Below, one piece after another: positions 1-11,431 of a DNA stretch of 64,000 bases. The notes under the pieces were generated by a model. It worked only from the letters and a program-made list of their open reading frames with translations. It was not told the DNA's origin and did not search any database. Source of the stretch: Gammaproteobacteria bacterium (GTDB lineage Bacteria; Pseudomonadota; Gammaproteobacteria; G965277405). A program made the translations under genes and the position numbers. Positions within the stretch are counted from its first letter, which is position 1, and each line of letters begins with the position of its first letter. Location: assembly GCA_965277405.1 (NCBI GenBank), contig OZ255726.1, positions 1,728,001 through 1,792,000 of the forward strand, read 5' to 3'.

Positions 1-73
1 TCTGCGTACTGCGCTTAAGTTTCATCAGCGTTTTTTCTCCGTCTCGCCCATCATGGAATTAATCAGAGCTTTC
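1..73 (+). mobile_element. IS5-related MITE, right part (cut by window edge)
   Basis: Near-identical to the last ~70 bp of the copy at 53840-54124 (cagcgttttttctccgtctcgcccatcatggaattaatcagagctttc); followed by TTAA. Confidence 0.9.
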
Positions 74-84
74 TTAAGTACTAT

Positions 85-1479
85 ATGAAGTCGAATGAAC
101 CGCACAATGGGCAAGAGAACATCAACATTCAGCAGTCCCTGTTTGAGCCAATGACAACAACAGCACAATCAAAACAAAGCACTTTTGTAACCAACAACCA
201 CAGGGTTTTGCAAAAAACCGTGTTGGCAGCGTGTTTGTTTTTTTCCCTTGGCATGGTATGGCTGTATAACGAATTTGGACTGCCACAGCGATTCAATACC
301 ATTTATGAAATTGTCAACATTGCTCATGCCAACACAACTGTCGCAGGCGTTCAGCCAGTAGAGAATGCGTATCGTGTGGTCGACCATGTAATTAAAAAAA
401 ACGAAGTCATTAGCACGATCGCTGAACAACATGATGCGCTGATTGCTCACTTATACCCAGTGCTGCAACGCAGTCCTGCGCTTGCATATTTAACCAATAA
501 CCTGCGTGCTGGGCTATCAATACACCTGCATATCGATAGTGAAAATAAGCTGCAAAAAATAATATATCCGTTTTCGCCAGCAGAAACATTCCGTTTAGAG
601 CTCAATGCCGGTGAGTATATCGCAACGGTCGATACCGTGCAGTATGACAAGACATTGGCTTATTATGAAGGCACATTAGCAACAGTGCTGTACCTTGATG
701 CAAAAAAGAATGGGATGTCTGATGATTTGATTATGCGTTTTGCCAATATTTTCGCATGGGACATTGATTTGAATAGTGAGCTACGTACAGGTGCAAGATT
801 CTCGTTAATGTATGAAAAACTATCGTTAAATGGCGAGTATATTCGCGATGGTATTATCCGTATGGCACGCTTGGTCAACGCAGGCGAAGTATATGAAGCG
901 GTATATTTTGCTACTGAACGCGATACCAATGGCAGGGCAATCCAAGAAGGATTTTACAGCAAAACTGGGCAGAGTATGCGCAAGCGCTTTCTGCGGATGC
1001 CAGTTAAATTTGGCTATATATCATCGTCTTTTAACTTGGTAAGGGTGCACCCGATCTTCAAAACTATTCGTCCGCATTTGGGTACCGATTATGCCGCCAA
1101 GCGTGGCACACCAATTCATAGCGTCGGCAAGGGTGTGATTACTACATACGGTTGGATGAAAGGATATGGGCGTGTGGCGATTATCGACCATGGCAATGGC
1201 TATACGACGTTATACGCACATATGAATAGTTTTCGTAAAGGTTTTAAACGCGGCAAGCGGGTGCGCCAAGGTCAGATAATAGGCTATGTTGGCACGAGTG
1301 GCTATTCGACAGGGCCGCATGTTCACTATGAGTTTCGCATCAACGGGGTGGCAAAAAATTCAGTGCGCGTGCGGCTGCCTGGTGCTCCGCCAATTGGCAA
1401 AGAGCAAATCAAAGAATTTACAGTGGTGCATGAACAAACAGCAAAAGTGTTCAATGTTTTCGAGCGCCAGCATGGATAA
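85..1479 (+). CDS. M23-family peptidoglycan DD-endopeptidase (MepM/OapA-like)
   Basis: N-terminal TM segment; HLGTDY and GPHVHYE zinc motifs; YTTLYAHM; start codon uncertain. Confidence 0.9.
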   Translation: MKSNEPHNGQENINIQQSLFEPMTTTAQSKQSTFVTNNHRVLQKTVLAACLFFSLGMVWLYNEFGLPQRFNTIYEIVNIAHANTTVAGVQPVENAYRVVDHVIKKNEVISTIAEQHDALIAHLYPVLQRSPALAYLTNNLRAGLSIHLHIDSENKLQKIIYPFSPAETFRLELNAGEYIATVDTVQYDKTLAYYEGTLATVLYLDAKKNGMSDDLIMRFANIFAWDIDLNSELRTGARFSLMYEKLSLNGEYIRDGIIRMARLVNAGEVYEAVYFATERDTNGRAIQEGFYSKTGQSMRKRFLRMPVKFGYISSSFNLVRVHPIFKTIRPHLGTDYAAKRGTPIHSVGKGVITTYGWMKGYGRVAIIDHGNGYTTLYAHMNSFRKGFKRGKRVRQGQIIGYVGTSGYSTGPHVHYEFRINGVAKNSVRVRLPGAPPIGKEQIKEFTVVHEQTAKVFNVFERQHG

Positions 1480-1491
1480 TACTGCTGCCAA

Positions 1492-4400
1492 TTACGCTTT
1501 ATCAAAAAAATTATACGTGACTTTAATTTGCACCTGCGGTAACCGGATTTTGCATTCATTGGCAAACATTTGATCAAAGCAAATGCTGACATTATTGGCT
1601 AACTGTATCTTGGTTTGGAGGTTATTGTGGTATAGCGTAAGTAGTACTTTGTGGCCAGCTGGGTCATGGTATTTATCAAGAATTTCTTCGATTTTTGGTA
1701 GTAGCTCGATGGTTTCAGCAGTCAACACCATTTGAATTGACTCGCAATAGCGCCTGCGAGCAACGTCAATTGGAAAGAAATCCTCAACGATGATTTTAAT
1801 GTCTTCAGATTTCCACATAGTGGATACCGATACTAGAAATAACAATATTTTTTTTTCTTGCAGCGCAGCTGCATGCGGAGAATTATCATACAGATCAGTG
1901 GGGATGGACAAGTCGAACATTGAGCTTTGGTCGTCGCATGCACAGATGATGCGTTGTTTATTTTGCTGATTGGTGAATTTTTTTATGCCATGGACGACAG
2001 CTGGTAATATCCGTTTTTCGCCATTTGGATTGAGCGATAACAGCTCAACATAATTGAGAACATGCAACTGTTTTAGCTCTATTGCATGGGCGCCTAGCGG
2101 GTGGTCTGTTAAATAAAATCCATATACTTCATGCTCATTGTTTAATGTTTTTTGTGTGCTCCACGGTTGCACAGTAGTGCGTAAAACATGTGATTGTGTG
2201 AGGGTGTTGCCGAACATATCTGCCAAACCAAGTTGCGCATTTTCATACTGTTGTTTGCTCGAGTGCTGGCTTAAATCGATGTCAGCTTGCAGTTGGGCTC
2301 GATGTTCTGCTAGACCATCACAGGCGCCCGCATTCACGAGTTTTTCGAGCACAGTTTTGGGCAGAATATTTGGTGGAGTGACCCGCGAGCATACATCAAG
2401 CAAACTGGTAAACGCTCCTGCTTTACGTGCCGCAACGATTGCAGCAATTGGGACTTCACCAACACCTCGAATCATACCTAAACCGCAGATAATTTTGTTT
2501 TTTGCGTTGGTGCAGTTAAACATGCTCTGGTTGATATGTGGTGGTACGACAACAATGTTGCGTTGCCGGGCGATGTGGATTAACGTGATGACTTTACGCG
2601 CACTATGAAACTCAAAGTTCATCGATGTGCTTAGAAACTCAACAGGATAATGTTGTTTCAACCATGCAGTCTGATAGGAAATAATGGCGTAGCTGGCAGC
2701 GTGGGCTTTGTTAAACCCATACGAAGCAAATTTCTCTAGGTATTCAAATGTGCGTATTGCGGCTTGTTGATGCAGCCCAGATTTCATTGCCCCCGCAATA
2801 AATCTATCGCGGTGCTTGTCCATGTCACCAGCCTTTTTTTTGCTCATCGCCCGGCGCAGGTCGTCGGCTTGTCCTAAACTAAAACCACCGAGTTTTTGCG
2901 CTATCTGCAGCACTTGTTCTTGATACACCGCAATCCCGTACGTTTCTTTTAAGATGTCTGCAACGTCTGCGTGTGGGTAGGTTATGTTGCTTGGATCGCG
3001 TTTGCGTGCTATAAAATCTGGGATATTGTCCATTGGACCTGGACGAAACAACGCGACTAATGCGATTAAATCTTCGATGCGGCTAATCCTAACTTTCCTT
3101 AAATTATGGCGCATCCCAGGAGATTCTAATTGAAACACCCCATCAGTATCGCCTTTGCTCAGCAGTGTTAACGTTGGCTGGTCGTTTAAAGGTAACGTAT
3201 CAAGGTCAATTTTAGTGCCGTGGTTGACCAAAATATCTCGGCATGTTTCTGCTAGTATAGTGAGGGTTTTTAAACCGAGAATATCGAATTTAACTAAACC
3301 GACTTTTTCTGCATCGTCTTTGTCAAACTGCACCATCGGTTGTTCGCCATTGTCCTCAGCATACACTGGGGCAAAATTGACGATATCATCTGCTGCGATA
3401 ACTATTCCTGCAGCGTGTTTGCCGATACCGCGTATTAACCCTTCTAGCTTGCGCGCTTGAACGAGTATTTCAGCGGCATCTGTATCGCTGTTTTCAATCT
3501 CTTGTAACGCTGGATTAGCCGCAAACGCTGCACTGAGGGTAATGTTTAGTGTTGCGGGTATTTCTTTGGCTATTTTGTCGCCTGCGTTGTATGGCTTGCC
3601 TAACACACGGGAGACGTCACGGACAACTGCTTTGGCATTCATGGCATTAAAGGTGATGATTTGTGCCACATGGCTTTGCCCATACGATGAAAATATATCT
3701 TCAATCACCTCATTGCGTCGATGCACGCAAAAGTCAATGTCAAAGTCTGGCAGATTGGCGCGGTCAATGTTTAAAAACCGTTCGAATAGCAGACCATATT
3801 GAATCGGGTTAATATTGGTAATATGCAGCGAATACGCAACCAAAGAAGCAGTGCCTGAACCACGGCCAAGACCGACAGGAATTCCTTTAGCAAGCGCGGT
3901 GCTGATGAAGCGATGGACAATTAAAAAATATGCGTCAAACCCCATTCGGTGGATGATATCAAGCTCATACCGCAGTCTGTCAAGATATATCTGGTGCTCT
4001 GCCGTCGGGATGCGTTGTAAATGCACAGCCAGACCTTGTTTGGCTAAGGTTGCTAATTCTTGTTTTGGCGTAATACCATTGGGCAGTTGAATGCGCGGCA
4101 GGGTCGGCTTGCGCAGAACTTTTGTAACGCTGCAGCGTTGGGCAATCGCCCAAGTGTTTGCAAGCGCCTGTGGCAGATCGGCAAACAACTCGGTCATTTC
4201 TTGCTGTGAGCGAAAATATTGCTGTTTTGTATAGTTCTTGTCACGATTTGCGTCAGTAATCAGCTCACGCCGCGACACACATACGCGTAATTCATGACTA
4301 TAGAAATCCTGTTTAGCAAGAAAGCGTACATCGTTGGTGGCAACAACAGGAATTTGGAATAATTCAGCAAACATGACGGCGTTACTAATATAAGTCTCCT

Positions 4401-4935
4401 CGCGGTCGCGACCAAGCCGCTGCAGCTCAATATACCAGCGCGCTGGAAACAACCTTTGCCAAAACTCGGCACAATGCTTGGCAGCATCTATTGCTCCGTT
4501 GCCAAGATAGTGGCCGCATTCACCAAGCTGACCACCAGACAGCGCGATGAGTCCTTCGCCATATTGCTCAAGCCAACGCAATTGCAATACTTTATAGTTG
4601 TCTGCAGTTGCGCTTGAATCAGTATAGATGAGCGTGGCAAGTTGCATTAAGTGTAAAAAACCTTGGTTGGTTGCAGCCAATAATGTCACGCGGTATAACT
4701 TATTTGCTGTAGCGATACCAAAGTGATTGAACTCACAGCCAATAATTGGTTTGATTCCGCGTTGGTGTGCCGCGCTAATGAACTTTACTGTGGCAAATAA
4801 ATTAGCTTCATCGGTGAGCGCCACCGCCGGCTGGTCATCGTGTTGTGCGGCAGCTATCAATTGTGGAACTTTGATGATTCCATCGATAATTGAATAGTCT
4901 GAGTGGGCTTTAAGATGGACGAACGGCAGTGTCAT
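1492..4935 (-). CDS. dnaE: DNA polymerase III alpha subunit
   Basis: PHP domain FVHLKAHSDYS, GRGS, PDFDIDF catalytic motif, GLVKFDILGL, YGFNKAHA. Confidence 0.98.
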   Translation of the reverse strand: MTLPFVHLKAHSDYSIIDGIIKVPQLIAAAQHDDQPAVALTDEANLFATVKFISAAHQRGIKPIIGCEFNHFGIATANKLYRVTLLAATNQGFLHLMQLATLIYTDSSATADNYKVLQLRWLEQYGEGLIALSGGQLGECGHYLGNGAIDAAKHCAEFWQRLFPARWYIELQRLGRDREETYISNAVMFAELFQIPVVATNDVRFLAKQDFYSHELRVCVSRRELITDANRDKNYTKQQYFRSQQEMTELFADLPQALANTWAIAQRCSVTKVLRKPTLPRIQLPNGITPKQELATLAKQGLAVHLQRIPTAEHQIYLDRLRYELDIIHRMGFDAYFLIVHRFISTALAKGIPVGLGRGSGTASLVAYSLHITNINPIQYGLLFERFLNIDRANLPDFDIDFCVHRRNEVIEDIFSSYGQSHVAQIITFNAMNAKAVVRDVSRVLGKPYNAGDKIAKEIPATLNITLSAAFAANPALQEIENSDTDAAEILVQARKLEGLIRGIGKHAAGIVIAADDIVNFAPVYAEDNGEQPMVQFDKDDAEKVGLVKFDILGLKTLTILAETCRDILVNHGTKIDLDTLPLNDQPTLTLLSKGDTDGVFQLESPGMRHNLRKVRISRIEDLIALVALFRPGPMDNIPDFIARKRDPSNITYPHADVADILKETYGIAVYQEQVLQIAQKLGGFSLGQADDLRRAMSKKKAGDMDKHRDRFIAGAMKSGLHQQAAIRTFEYLEKFASYGFNKAHAASYAIISYQTAWLKQHYPVEFLSTSMNFEFHSARKVITLIHIARQRNIVVVPPHINQSMFNCTNAKNKIICGLGMIRGVGEVPIAAIVAARKAGAFTSLLDVCSRVTPPNILPKTVLEKLVNAGACDGLAEHRAQLQADIDLSQHSSKQQYENAQLGLADMFGNTLTQSHVLRTTVQPWSTQKTLNNEHEVYGFYLTDHPLGAHAIELKQLHVLNYVELLSLNPNGEKRILPAVVHGIKKFTNQQNKQRIICACDDQSSMFDLSIPTDLYDNSPHAAALQEKKILLFLVSVSTMWKSEDIKIIVEDFFPIDVARRRYCESIQMVLTAETIELLPKIEEILDKYHDPAGHKVLLTLYHNNLQTKIQLANNVSICFDQMFANECKIRLPQVQIKVTYNFFDKA

Positions 4936-5111
4936 GCAAGATAAAATTTGTTACAGAATTTGATACTATACGATTCAATTTGCTGCGTGCGGCTGGATTT
5001 CATTATAAGGTTGCCGCTAGCACTGCAAGCGGTTGAATAACCAACGACACAAACAGATATTCATGCAACAACGCATAGCAGTTTTATACTATTTCTGTAA
5101 AGATAACCACC

Positions 5112-6071
5112 ATGATAACGCAACCAGCACAGTTAATTATTGGGATTTCTTCGCGGGCATTATTCGACTTACGAACAAGTCACGATGTTTTTGCAACACA
5201 GGGATTGGAAAAATACCGTGAATACCAAATTGCTCATGAGCAGGACGTACTTACGCCTGGACCATCGTTTGCATTTGTCCAAAAACTATTGGCGTTAAAT
5301 ACCCATGCAGCGGTTGATGAGCCTATCGTCGAGGTGATTTTATTATCCAGGAATAGCTCAGATACTGGGCTGCGTGTGTTTAATTCTATTGAGCATCACC
5401 AGCTCAAGATAACCCGCGCAGTTTTTTGTTCTGGTGCCAGCCCGTATCCATATATGCAGCCATTTGGCTGCCATCTGTTTTTGTCTGTTGACGCAGCTGA
5501 CGTGTGCATGGCATTACGCCATGGCGTTGCCGCTGCAACCATTATTCAGCAACCCGTGACGGCGACAACACAACAGCAATTGCGGATAGCCTTCGATGGT
5601 GATGCAGTGATATTTAGTGACCAAGCTGAACAAATTAATGTTAAAGACGGGCTAGCAGCATTTAATGCAAGCGAGCGGCAAGCTGCAAATATACCGTTAC
5701 AACATGGGCCGTTCTCGCGATTTATTCACGCGGTCGAGTTAATTCAACGCGGTTTTGTCGGCAAGACATCACCGCTTAGAACAGCGTTGGTGACTGCGCG
5801 TGGTGCGCCTGCGCACAAGCGAGTAATTTTGACCTTGCGGTCATGGGGCCTGCAAATTGATGAAGCAATTTTTTTGTCAGGGTTAGAAAAAAACACATTC
5901 ATTGAACAGTTTGGTGCAGATATTTATTTTGATGATCGCATGCATCATGTGCAACAAGCGAGCGAAAAAACTACAGCAGCCCATGTGCCTGATGGTGTTT
6001 GCAATCAAGGGTCGGAGCTTGCCAGCGCCAGCAGTGTTGACTCAAATCATCACGCCGATACGCGAGACTGA
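5112..6071 (+). CDS. 5'-nucleotidase (cN-I type HAD family)
   Basis: GISSRALFDL, LRIAFDGDAVIFSD, LVTARGAPAH, DIYFDD motifs. Confidence 0.92.
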   Translation: MITQPAQLIIGISSRALFDLRTSHDVFATQGLEKYREYQIAHEQDVLTPGPSFAFVQKLLALNTHAAVDEPIVEVILLSRNSSDTGLRVFNSIEHHQLKITRAVFCSGASPYPYMQPFGCHLFLSVDAADVCMALRHGVAAATIIQQPVTATTQQQLRIAFDGDAVIFSDQAEQINVKDGLAAFNASERQAANIPLQHGPFSRFIHAVELIQRGFVGKTSPLRTALVTARGAPAHKRVILTLRSWGLQIDEAIFLSGLEKNTFIEQFGADIYFDDRMHHVQQASEKTTAAHVPDGVCNQGSELASASSVDSNHHADTRD

Positions 6072-6079
6072 GGATAATC

Positions 6080-8482
6080 GTGAGTCCATTGCAAGTACGC
6101 ACGGCATATGGTATTGCATATACTGCTGCATTGCTGCTGTCATTGCTTATCCATGCAGCCGATGTCGTGAACATTGACCAGACCCGCAGCACCGTTGCCA
6201 ATAATCCTTATCACCGTTTAGGTTGGGTGCCAAAAAACCTCGTCGATGCCGATGTAATCGAGCGTCAACCGCTTGCATGCTCAGGAATATATACTACCAA
6301 CTTGCCAACAAAAATTAGTGGGCAAGGTGAAAGCAACGGTGTAGCAATGCTAGGAGATTCAGTTGTCAACACTGCTGATACGGTCACCATCACTGGGAAT
6401 GTCGAATTGCTTATAGATGGGGTAAAGGTATTTGCAGACAAAATTGTGGTGACTGACGGGGTGCAATTTGCAATAACTGGGAATGTGCGGATGCATACTG
6501 CACGACAAAATTTTGTGATGGAAGAGTTGTTGTATAACAAACAGACACATGTGGCAACGAGCAACAAAGCCGCAGCGATTCAAATAGATATCCATGGGTA
6601 TTACACCGTCAGTAGCATTCAACAACGTGGTGATGGGGTGGTGATACTCGGGGAAGGGACGTTTTCACTTTGCGAACCGCATGCGCAGGCATGGAGTATG
6701 TACGGTAGCCGTTACACACTCGACCGCAACATCGGCTGGGGCGAAATTGATAACTTTATCTTGCGGCTTGGCACCATACCGATTTTTTACTTACCTTATT
6801 TCCGTTTTCCCCTGGATGGCAGACGATTAACAGGGCTGCTGTATCCTGATATCCAAAGCAATCAACAAAATGGATATGTGTTTTCTCAGCCAATCTATCT
6901 TAACCTTCATCCGCAGATGGACGATACGTTGACGGTCGCAGCGTACAGTAATAACGGCTTGCTACTTGCAAATGAATTTCGGGTGCTGACAGCTGCGCAT
7001 CAAGCGAGTTTTGGCTATGCTTGGATTCGTGATCGCCAGGCAGCTGAGAGTGTTGCCAAGCCAGATGCTCAGCGCAGTGAAATGTCTGTGGTGTATGCAG
7101 GTGGCCGCAACCGTCCATGGTCAACAAGCATTGATTATACGCAGTCGAGTGATCGATATTTTTATGAGGATTTGAATCGAGCCAGCCCCAGCGGCCACCA
7201 ATACCTGATTCAGCGTGCCGATGCTGGGTATATCACCGCAAACACCTCAATTTCAGCAAGTGTGCAAAAATCACAACCGCTGCAACAAACAGCGAAGTCG
7301 TATGAACGTGTTCCCGAAATAACGCTGCACTGGGGCCGCTCGTTTGCTGGAATGTCGTTGGCATGGATGTCGCAGTACACTGCTTTTGACCGCGGCATCG
7401 ACCCAACAGCAGCGCAGCTAGCAAGTGGCTATGATACAAAAGTCAAGCGCACAGTGCAGTATGGATACGTCAACCTGCCGCTGTATTCACGACCATGGTT
7501 GCATATGAACGCCATTATTGATGGCTATCAACGGCAATATAACTATACAGACAGACCCGCGTTACAACAGCAAGCAGCAACCACCTTCATCCCGCGTTAT
7601 TCGCTGACGTCAACGGTCACTTTAGACCGAAAAATTGCATATAAAACAAATCAATATTTGGTGTCAATTCAACCAGAAATCACCTATTTATACGTCCCGG
7701 CTGTTGACCAAAATGGAATTGTACGGATGGATGCTAGCGAGCCGATTTTCCGCAATGCAGCGTTGTTTACCCGCAATCGGTTTCAAGGAATCGATGTAAT
7801 TGGTGACACCAACCAAGCCTCTTTTTCTGTAACATCACGAGTGTTTAGCGAAAATGGTGACGAGCTGGTGGTTGCCCGCGCAGGATTTCTAGAATATTTT
7901 GCTGACCGCAAGACGACGCTCATCGCCAATAACAGCGCACAACAGCGGTCGCTTGACTACACGCGCCAGCGCTCGCCATTTGCGTATGAATTGCAGTTGC
8001 GGCTCTTAGACAAAACAACAATCAACGCTGAATTTATTCATGACCCACGCCGCAATACATTGCGGTATACCTCATTGCGGATGCAAACATGGTTAGACGC
8101 GCGGAGTGTGGTAAATGCTGGTTTTTTGCAGGATACAACGTCTGCTGTTGATGCACAAACCCAAACAATCGATATCTCTGGATTCGTGCAAGTTTCATCA
8201 CAATGGAGTGTGTATGGGCGCAGTTATTATGACGTGCTTGCACAACGCTTTGATGAAAATTTATTTGGAGTTGAATACGCAGGTTGCTGCTGGGTATTTC
8301 GAGTTGCAGGGCTCAAGCGCCAGGCAACGAGCACAGTTGCTGCAGAAAACGTGGTGATGGTGTCGTATGAGTTTAAACGGCTTGGCAGGGTGGAAGGTAA
8401 AATCGGCAAATACAGTGTGGACTTACACGAAAAGCTCAGAACCAGTATCGCGGGATTCGACCGTCGCGCCGTGTTTGAATAG
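6080..8482 (+). CDS. lptD: LPS-assembly outer membrane protein LptD
   Basis: PIFYLPYFRFP..R.TGLLYP, PIYLNLHPQMD, NRFQGID.IGDTNQ, C-terminal YAGCCW. Confidence 0.93.
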   Translation: MSPLQVRTAYGIAYTAALLLSLLIHAADVVNIDQTRSTVANNPYHRLGWVPKNLVDADVIERQPLACSGIYTTNLPTKISGQGESNGVAMLGDSVVNTADTVTITGNVELLIDGVKVFADKIVVTDGVQFAITGNVRMHTARQNFVMEELLYNKQTHVATSNKAAAIQIDIHGYYTVSSIQQRGDGVVILGEGTFSLCEPHAQAWSMYGSRYTLDRNIGWGEIDNFILRLGTIPIFYLPYFRFPLDGRRLTGLLYPDIQSNQQNGYVFSQPIYLNLHPQMDDTLTVAAYSNNGLLLANEFRVLTAAHQASFGYAWIRDRQAAESVAKPDAQRSEMSVVYAGGRNRPWSTSIDYTQSSDRYFYEDLNRASPSGHQYLIQRADAGYITANTSISASVQKSQPLQQTAKSYERVPEITLHWGRSFAGMSLAWMSQYTAFDRGIDPTAAQLASGYDTKVKRTVQYGYVNLPLYSRPWLHMNAIIDGYQRQYNYTDRPALQQQAATTFIPRYSLTSTVTLDRKIAYKTNQYLVSIQPEITYLYVPAVDQNGIVRMDASEPIFRNAALFTRNRFQGIDVIGDTNQASFSVTSRVFSENGDELVVARAGFLEYFADRKTTLIANNSAQQRSLDYTRQRSPFAYELQLRLLDKTTINAEFIHDPRRNTLRYTSLRMQTWLDARSVVNAGFLQDTTSAVDAQTQTIDISGFVQVSSQWSVYGRSYYDVLAQRFDENLFGVEYAGCCWVFRVAGLKRQATSTVAAENVVMVSYEFKRLGRVEGKIGKYSVDLHEKLRTSIAGFDRRAVFE

Positions 8483-8602
8483 CAATTGAAATCCGCCTAT
8501 CATTGCGTTACATTGCAACCAGCTAATCAATTTGCTGTGTTGTTATGTGTTGTTAGCAACTAGGCGTTGGTGTTCTAAGGATTCTTTTGCAGGAGTTGTT
8601 CC

Positions 8603-9994
8603 ATGTTGTATCCCATTATTAACTTAGTGGTTTTTTCTTTGTTAATCGTGCTGTTGTTTAAACAGCAACAATCACAAAAAACGTTATCTGCTCGCGTGTT
8701 TACTGGTTTAGGGCTAGGTGTTGGCTTTGGTATGGCATTGCAGTTGTTGTATGGCGTTGGCAGTGCTGAGTCAACAGTGACGTTAGAATATGTGAATATC
8801 GTCGGTTCAGGCTACGTTAGCTTGCTGAAGATGATTATTATGCCGCTGATTCTCGTGTCTATTATTGGTGCAATTATTAAGGTGAAAGACACTGGGTCAT
8901 TAGGCAAGATGTCGGGTTTTATTATCGGTATTTTGCTGGCGACTACAGCTGTCTCTGCATTGATCGGGGTGTTTGTTAGTAATTTGTTCGGTTTATCTGC
9001 TGATGGAATCGTCCAAGGCGCTCGTGAAATGGCACGAGGTGTCGTGTTAGAAACCCGTTTGGACGGCTTGGCTGATGTGTCTTTTGCCGACATGATTCGA
9101 TCTTTCTTTCCAGGCAATCCTTTCGCAGACCTTGCTGGTAGCCGCCCAACGTCGACGATTGCCGTGGTGATTTTTGCGGCGTTTGTGGGCGTTGCAGCGG
9201 TAACTGTTGCGCGTACGTCGCCAGCAATTGGCGCAAGATTTGAGAGTTTCGTCGATGTAGCGCAAGCTATTGTGCGTAGATTGGTCGATATGGTGTTGAG
9301 TTTGACTCCGTATGGTATTTTAGCGTTGATGACACAAGTCGTTGCGGCTTCCAATGTGGCTGATATTTTAACGCTGCTAAATTTTGTTGTGGCATCGTAT
9401 GTGGGGTTGGCGCTGATTGTTGTTATGCATTTGTGTTTGCTGGCGTGCAATGGCATTGCTCCGCTTCGTTATGTTAAAAAAGTCCTGCCGGTATTATTGT
9501 TTGCGTTCACTTCGCGGTCGAGTGCAGCAACGATTCCATTAAATATCGATACGCAGGTCAAGAGTTTGGGGAATGGTGCGGGCGAAGCTAATTTCTCTGC
9601 ATCGTTTGGTGCGACCATTGGACAAAACGGCTGTGCTGGATTATACCCTGCGATGTTGGCGGTAATGATTGCGCCGAGCATGGGTATCAACCCGCTTGAC
9701 CCTAGTTTTATTATTTCACTAATTGCCATTGTGACGATCAGTTCTTTTGGAATCGCGGGGATTGGTGGCGGAGCCACTTTTGCTGCTTTGATCGTATTGT
9801 CTGCGTTAGACATGCCAGTGGCGTTAGCTGGTTTGCTGATTTCGATTGAGCCTTTAATCGACATGGGGCGTACGGCTGTTAATGTGAATGGTGCAATGAC
9901 AGCAGGGAGTATTACGTCTAAGTGGCTTGGTCATTCCGCTGTGAATACGTTTGCACAAGATGGAACGGCGCGGGTTGATCCGCAAAACAGTTGA
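8603..9994 (+). CDS. tcyP: L-cystine:cation symporter (DAACS family)
   Basis: FAFTSRSSAATIPLN, GATIGQNGCAGLYPAMLAVM, IEPLIDMGRTA; RBS AGGAG upstream. Confidence 0.92.
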   Translation: MLYPIINLVVFSLLIVLLFKQQQSQKTLSARVFTGLGLGVGFGMALQLLYGVGSAESTVTLEYVNIVGSGYVSLLKMIIMPLILVSIIGAIIKVKDTGSLGKMSGFIIGILLATTAVSALIGVFVSNLFGLSADGIVQGAREMARGVVLETRLDGLADVSFADMIRSFFPGNPFADLAGSRPTSTIAVVIFAAFVGVAAVTVARTSPAIGARFESFVDVAQAIVRRLVDMVLSLTPYGILALMTQVVAASNVADILTLLNFVVASYVGLALIVVMHLCLLACNGIAPLRYVKKVLPVLLFAFTSRSSAATIPLNIDTQVKSLGNGAGEANFSASFGATIGQNGCAGLYPAMLAVMIAPSMGINPLDPSFIISLIAIVTISSFGIAGIGGGATFAALIVLSALDMPVALAGLLISIEPLIDMGRTAVNVNGAMTAGSITSKWLGHSAVNTFAQDGTARVDPQNS

Positions 9995-10140
9995 CAATAA
10001 TGTTGTGATGAGCGGGCGTATTTAAAGCCATTCCGGTGGCTTATTGTTTTTGCAATACGCGCGAAAAGCGATGTTGTTAACGCTGCAATTGTTACGGAGA
10101 AAATGGGGTTACTCCGCATCAATTATACCATACACGCAGC

Positions 10141-10740
10141 CTACACCATAGATGCAACAAGCGCGCGGGCTTGGCGCTGGTAGTCGGCGTTGATTTGTCG
10201 TGATACAATGATTCCAAGCAGTTGCTCAAGCGCTTGAGCGATAGTGGTATTGACGACAAGGTAGTCAGCTTGGCTTGTTTTGCCAATATCGAGCGTCGCT
10301 TCTTGCAGGCGGATGCGTTGCTGTGCTGCGCTATCGCTATTTCTTCCTTGTAAGCGTTGCGCCAACACTGCCAGCGACGGCGGGATAATGCCAATCAGCG
10401 TTGCCTGCGGAAACGCAGCACGGACTTGAAATGCTCCTTGCCAGTCGATTTCTAACACTGGGCTCTTGCCTTGTAAGTGAATCCGAGTAATTTCACTTGT
10501 ATGGGTACCATAGTAATGGTTAAACACTACAGCATGCTCAGCCAATGCATCCGCAGCAATCAACTGCTTAAACTGTTGCTTGGTGGTAAAATAATAATCG
10601 ACACCGTCTTGCTCGTTGCGGCGCATTGGTCTGGTGGTGTGTGATATAGCCAACCTAACGGTTGCGGTTGCGGTGCGCAACGCGCGCACCAATGTTGTTT
10701 TGCCAGTTCCAGATGGTGCGTAAATAACAAATAAATCCAT
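10141..10740 (-). CDS. gmk: Guanylate kinase
   Basis: APSGTGKT P-loop, SHTTRPMR, DGVDYYF, YYGT, LEIDWQGA; start set at MDLFVI. Confidence 0.95.
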   Translation of the reverse strand: MDLFVIYAPSGTGKTTLVRALRTATATVRLAISHTTRPMRRNEQDGVDYYFTTKQQFKQLIAADALAEHAVVFNHYYGTHTSEITRIHLQGKSPVLEIDWQGAFQVRAAFPQATLIGIIPPSLAVLAQRLQGRNSDSAAQQRIRLQEATLDIGKTSQADYLVVNTTIAQALEQLLGIIVSRQINADYQRQARALVASMV

Positions 10741-11169
10741 TAAGGCACCTCTGAATAACGCGTTGATGGCTCGAGTTTGTCGGCAAATTCTGCCGATTAC
10801 CAAGCACACACCATAGCTTATATAGCACTGGGCGCAATATCACAAGCAGCGCGTTTACCGTAAACCATATAATATCGCTAGTGTTAGCTGCGTACTTTGC
10901 TACGACTCACCCATCATGGCATTATGCACGGGTGTTATAACACTACTCAGCAGATAGAGCTGAACGCTCCAATTGACAATACTCATCGATACATTTCAGT
11001 CATTATCACAGCAGCTGTGGCCAGCAGCAGCACTGCTCGTAAGGGATTCAGGGGCAAAACAACGTTCAGCTATAACACTCAATTGCTGCCAAACCGTAGC
11101 CGATATTCGCAGCGGAGCATTGCATGGCGTTGCCGCTGTGAACCTCGACATCTGAGGTCGAGCCAATGA

Positions 11170-11400
11170 GCAAGAGTTACATTATTTTGGTTGAATACAG
11201 GGCTGAATGGTGCAGCTATACATATGTCTAACAACATCTGTCATCGCGGCTAAAAAGGACTGTTGCATACACGATTGTTAGCACTACGAACACGAGATGA
11301 TTATTGGGTTAATCCTGCGTTATTTTTTAATGCGATAGAGTTGCTTTTGTGCGGGGAGTGTCGGCGCAAACGAGCGATTACGCACAGTAAAAAAACTTGA
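11170..11400 (+). pseudogene. Decayed RepL-like plasmid replication protein, C-terminal part
   Basis: Manual translation from 11170: ARVTLFWLNTGLNGAAIHMSNNICHRG*KGLLHTRLLALRTRDDYWVNPALFFNA; resembles the RepL-type ending RGL.ELL...WVNP.LFF; stop TAA at 11251-11253. Confidence 0.6.
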
Positions 11401-11431
11401 CAATAGCATTCGCTGTATACACAATGAATGC
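11397..11431 (+). promoter_or_regulatory. Putative sigma70 promoter/operator of the TA operon
   Basis: TTGACA (11397) - 17 bp - CACAAT (11420), overlapped by inverted repeat GCATTC..TGTATACA..GAATGC. Confidence 0.5.
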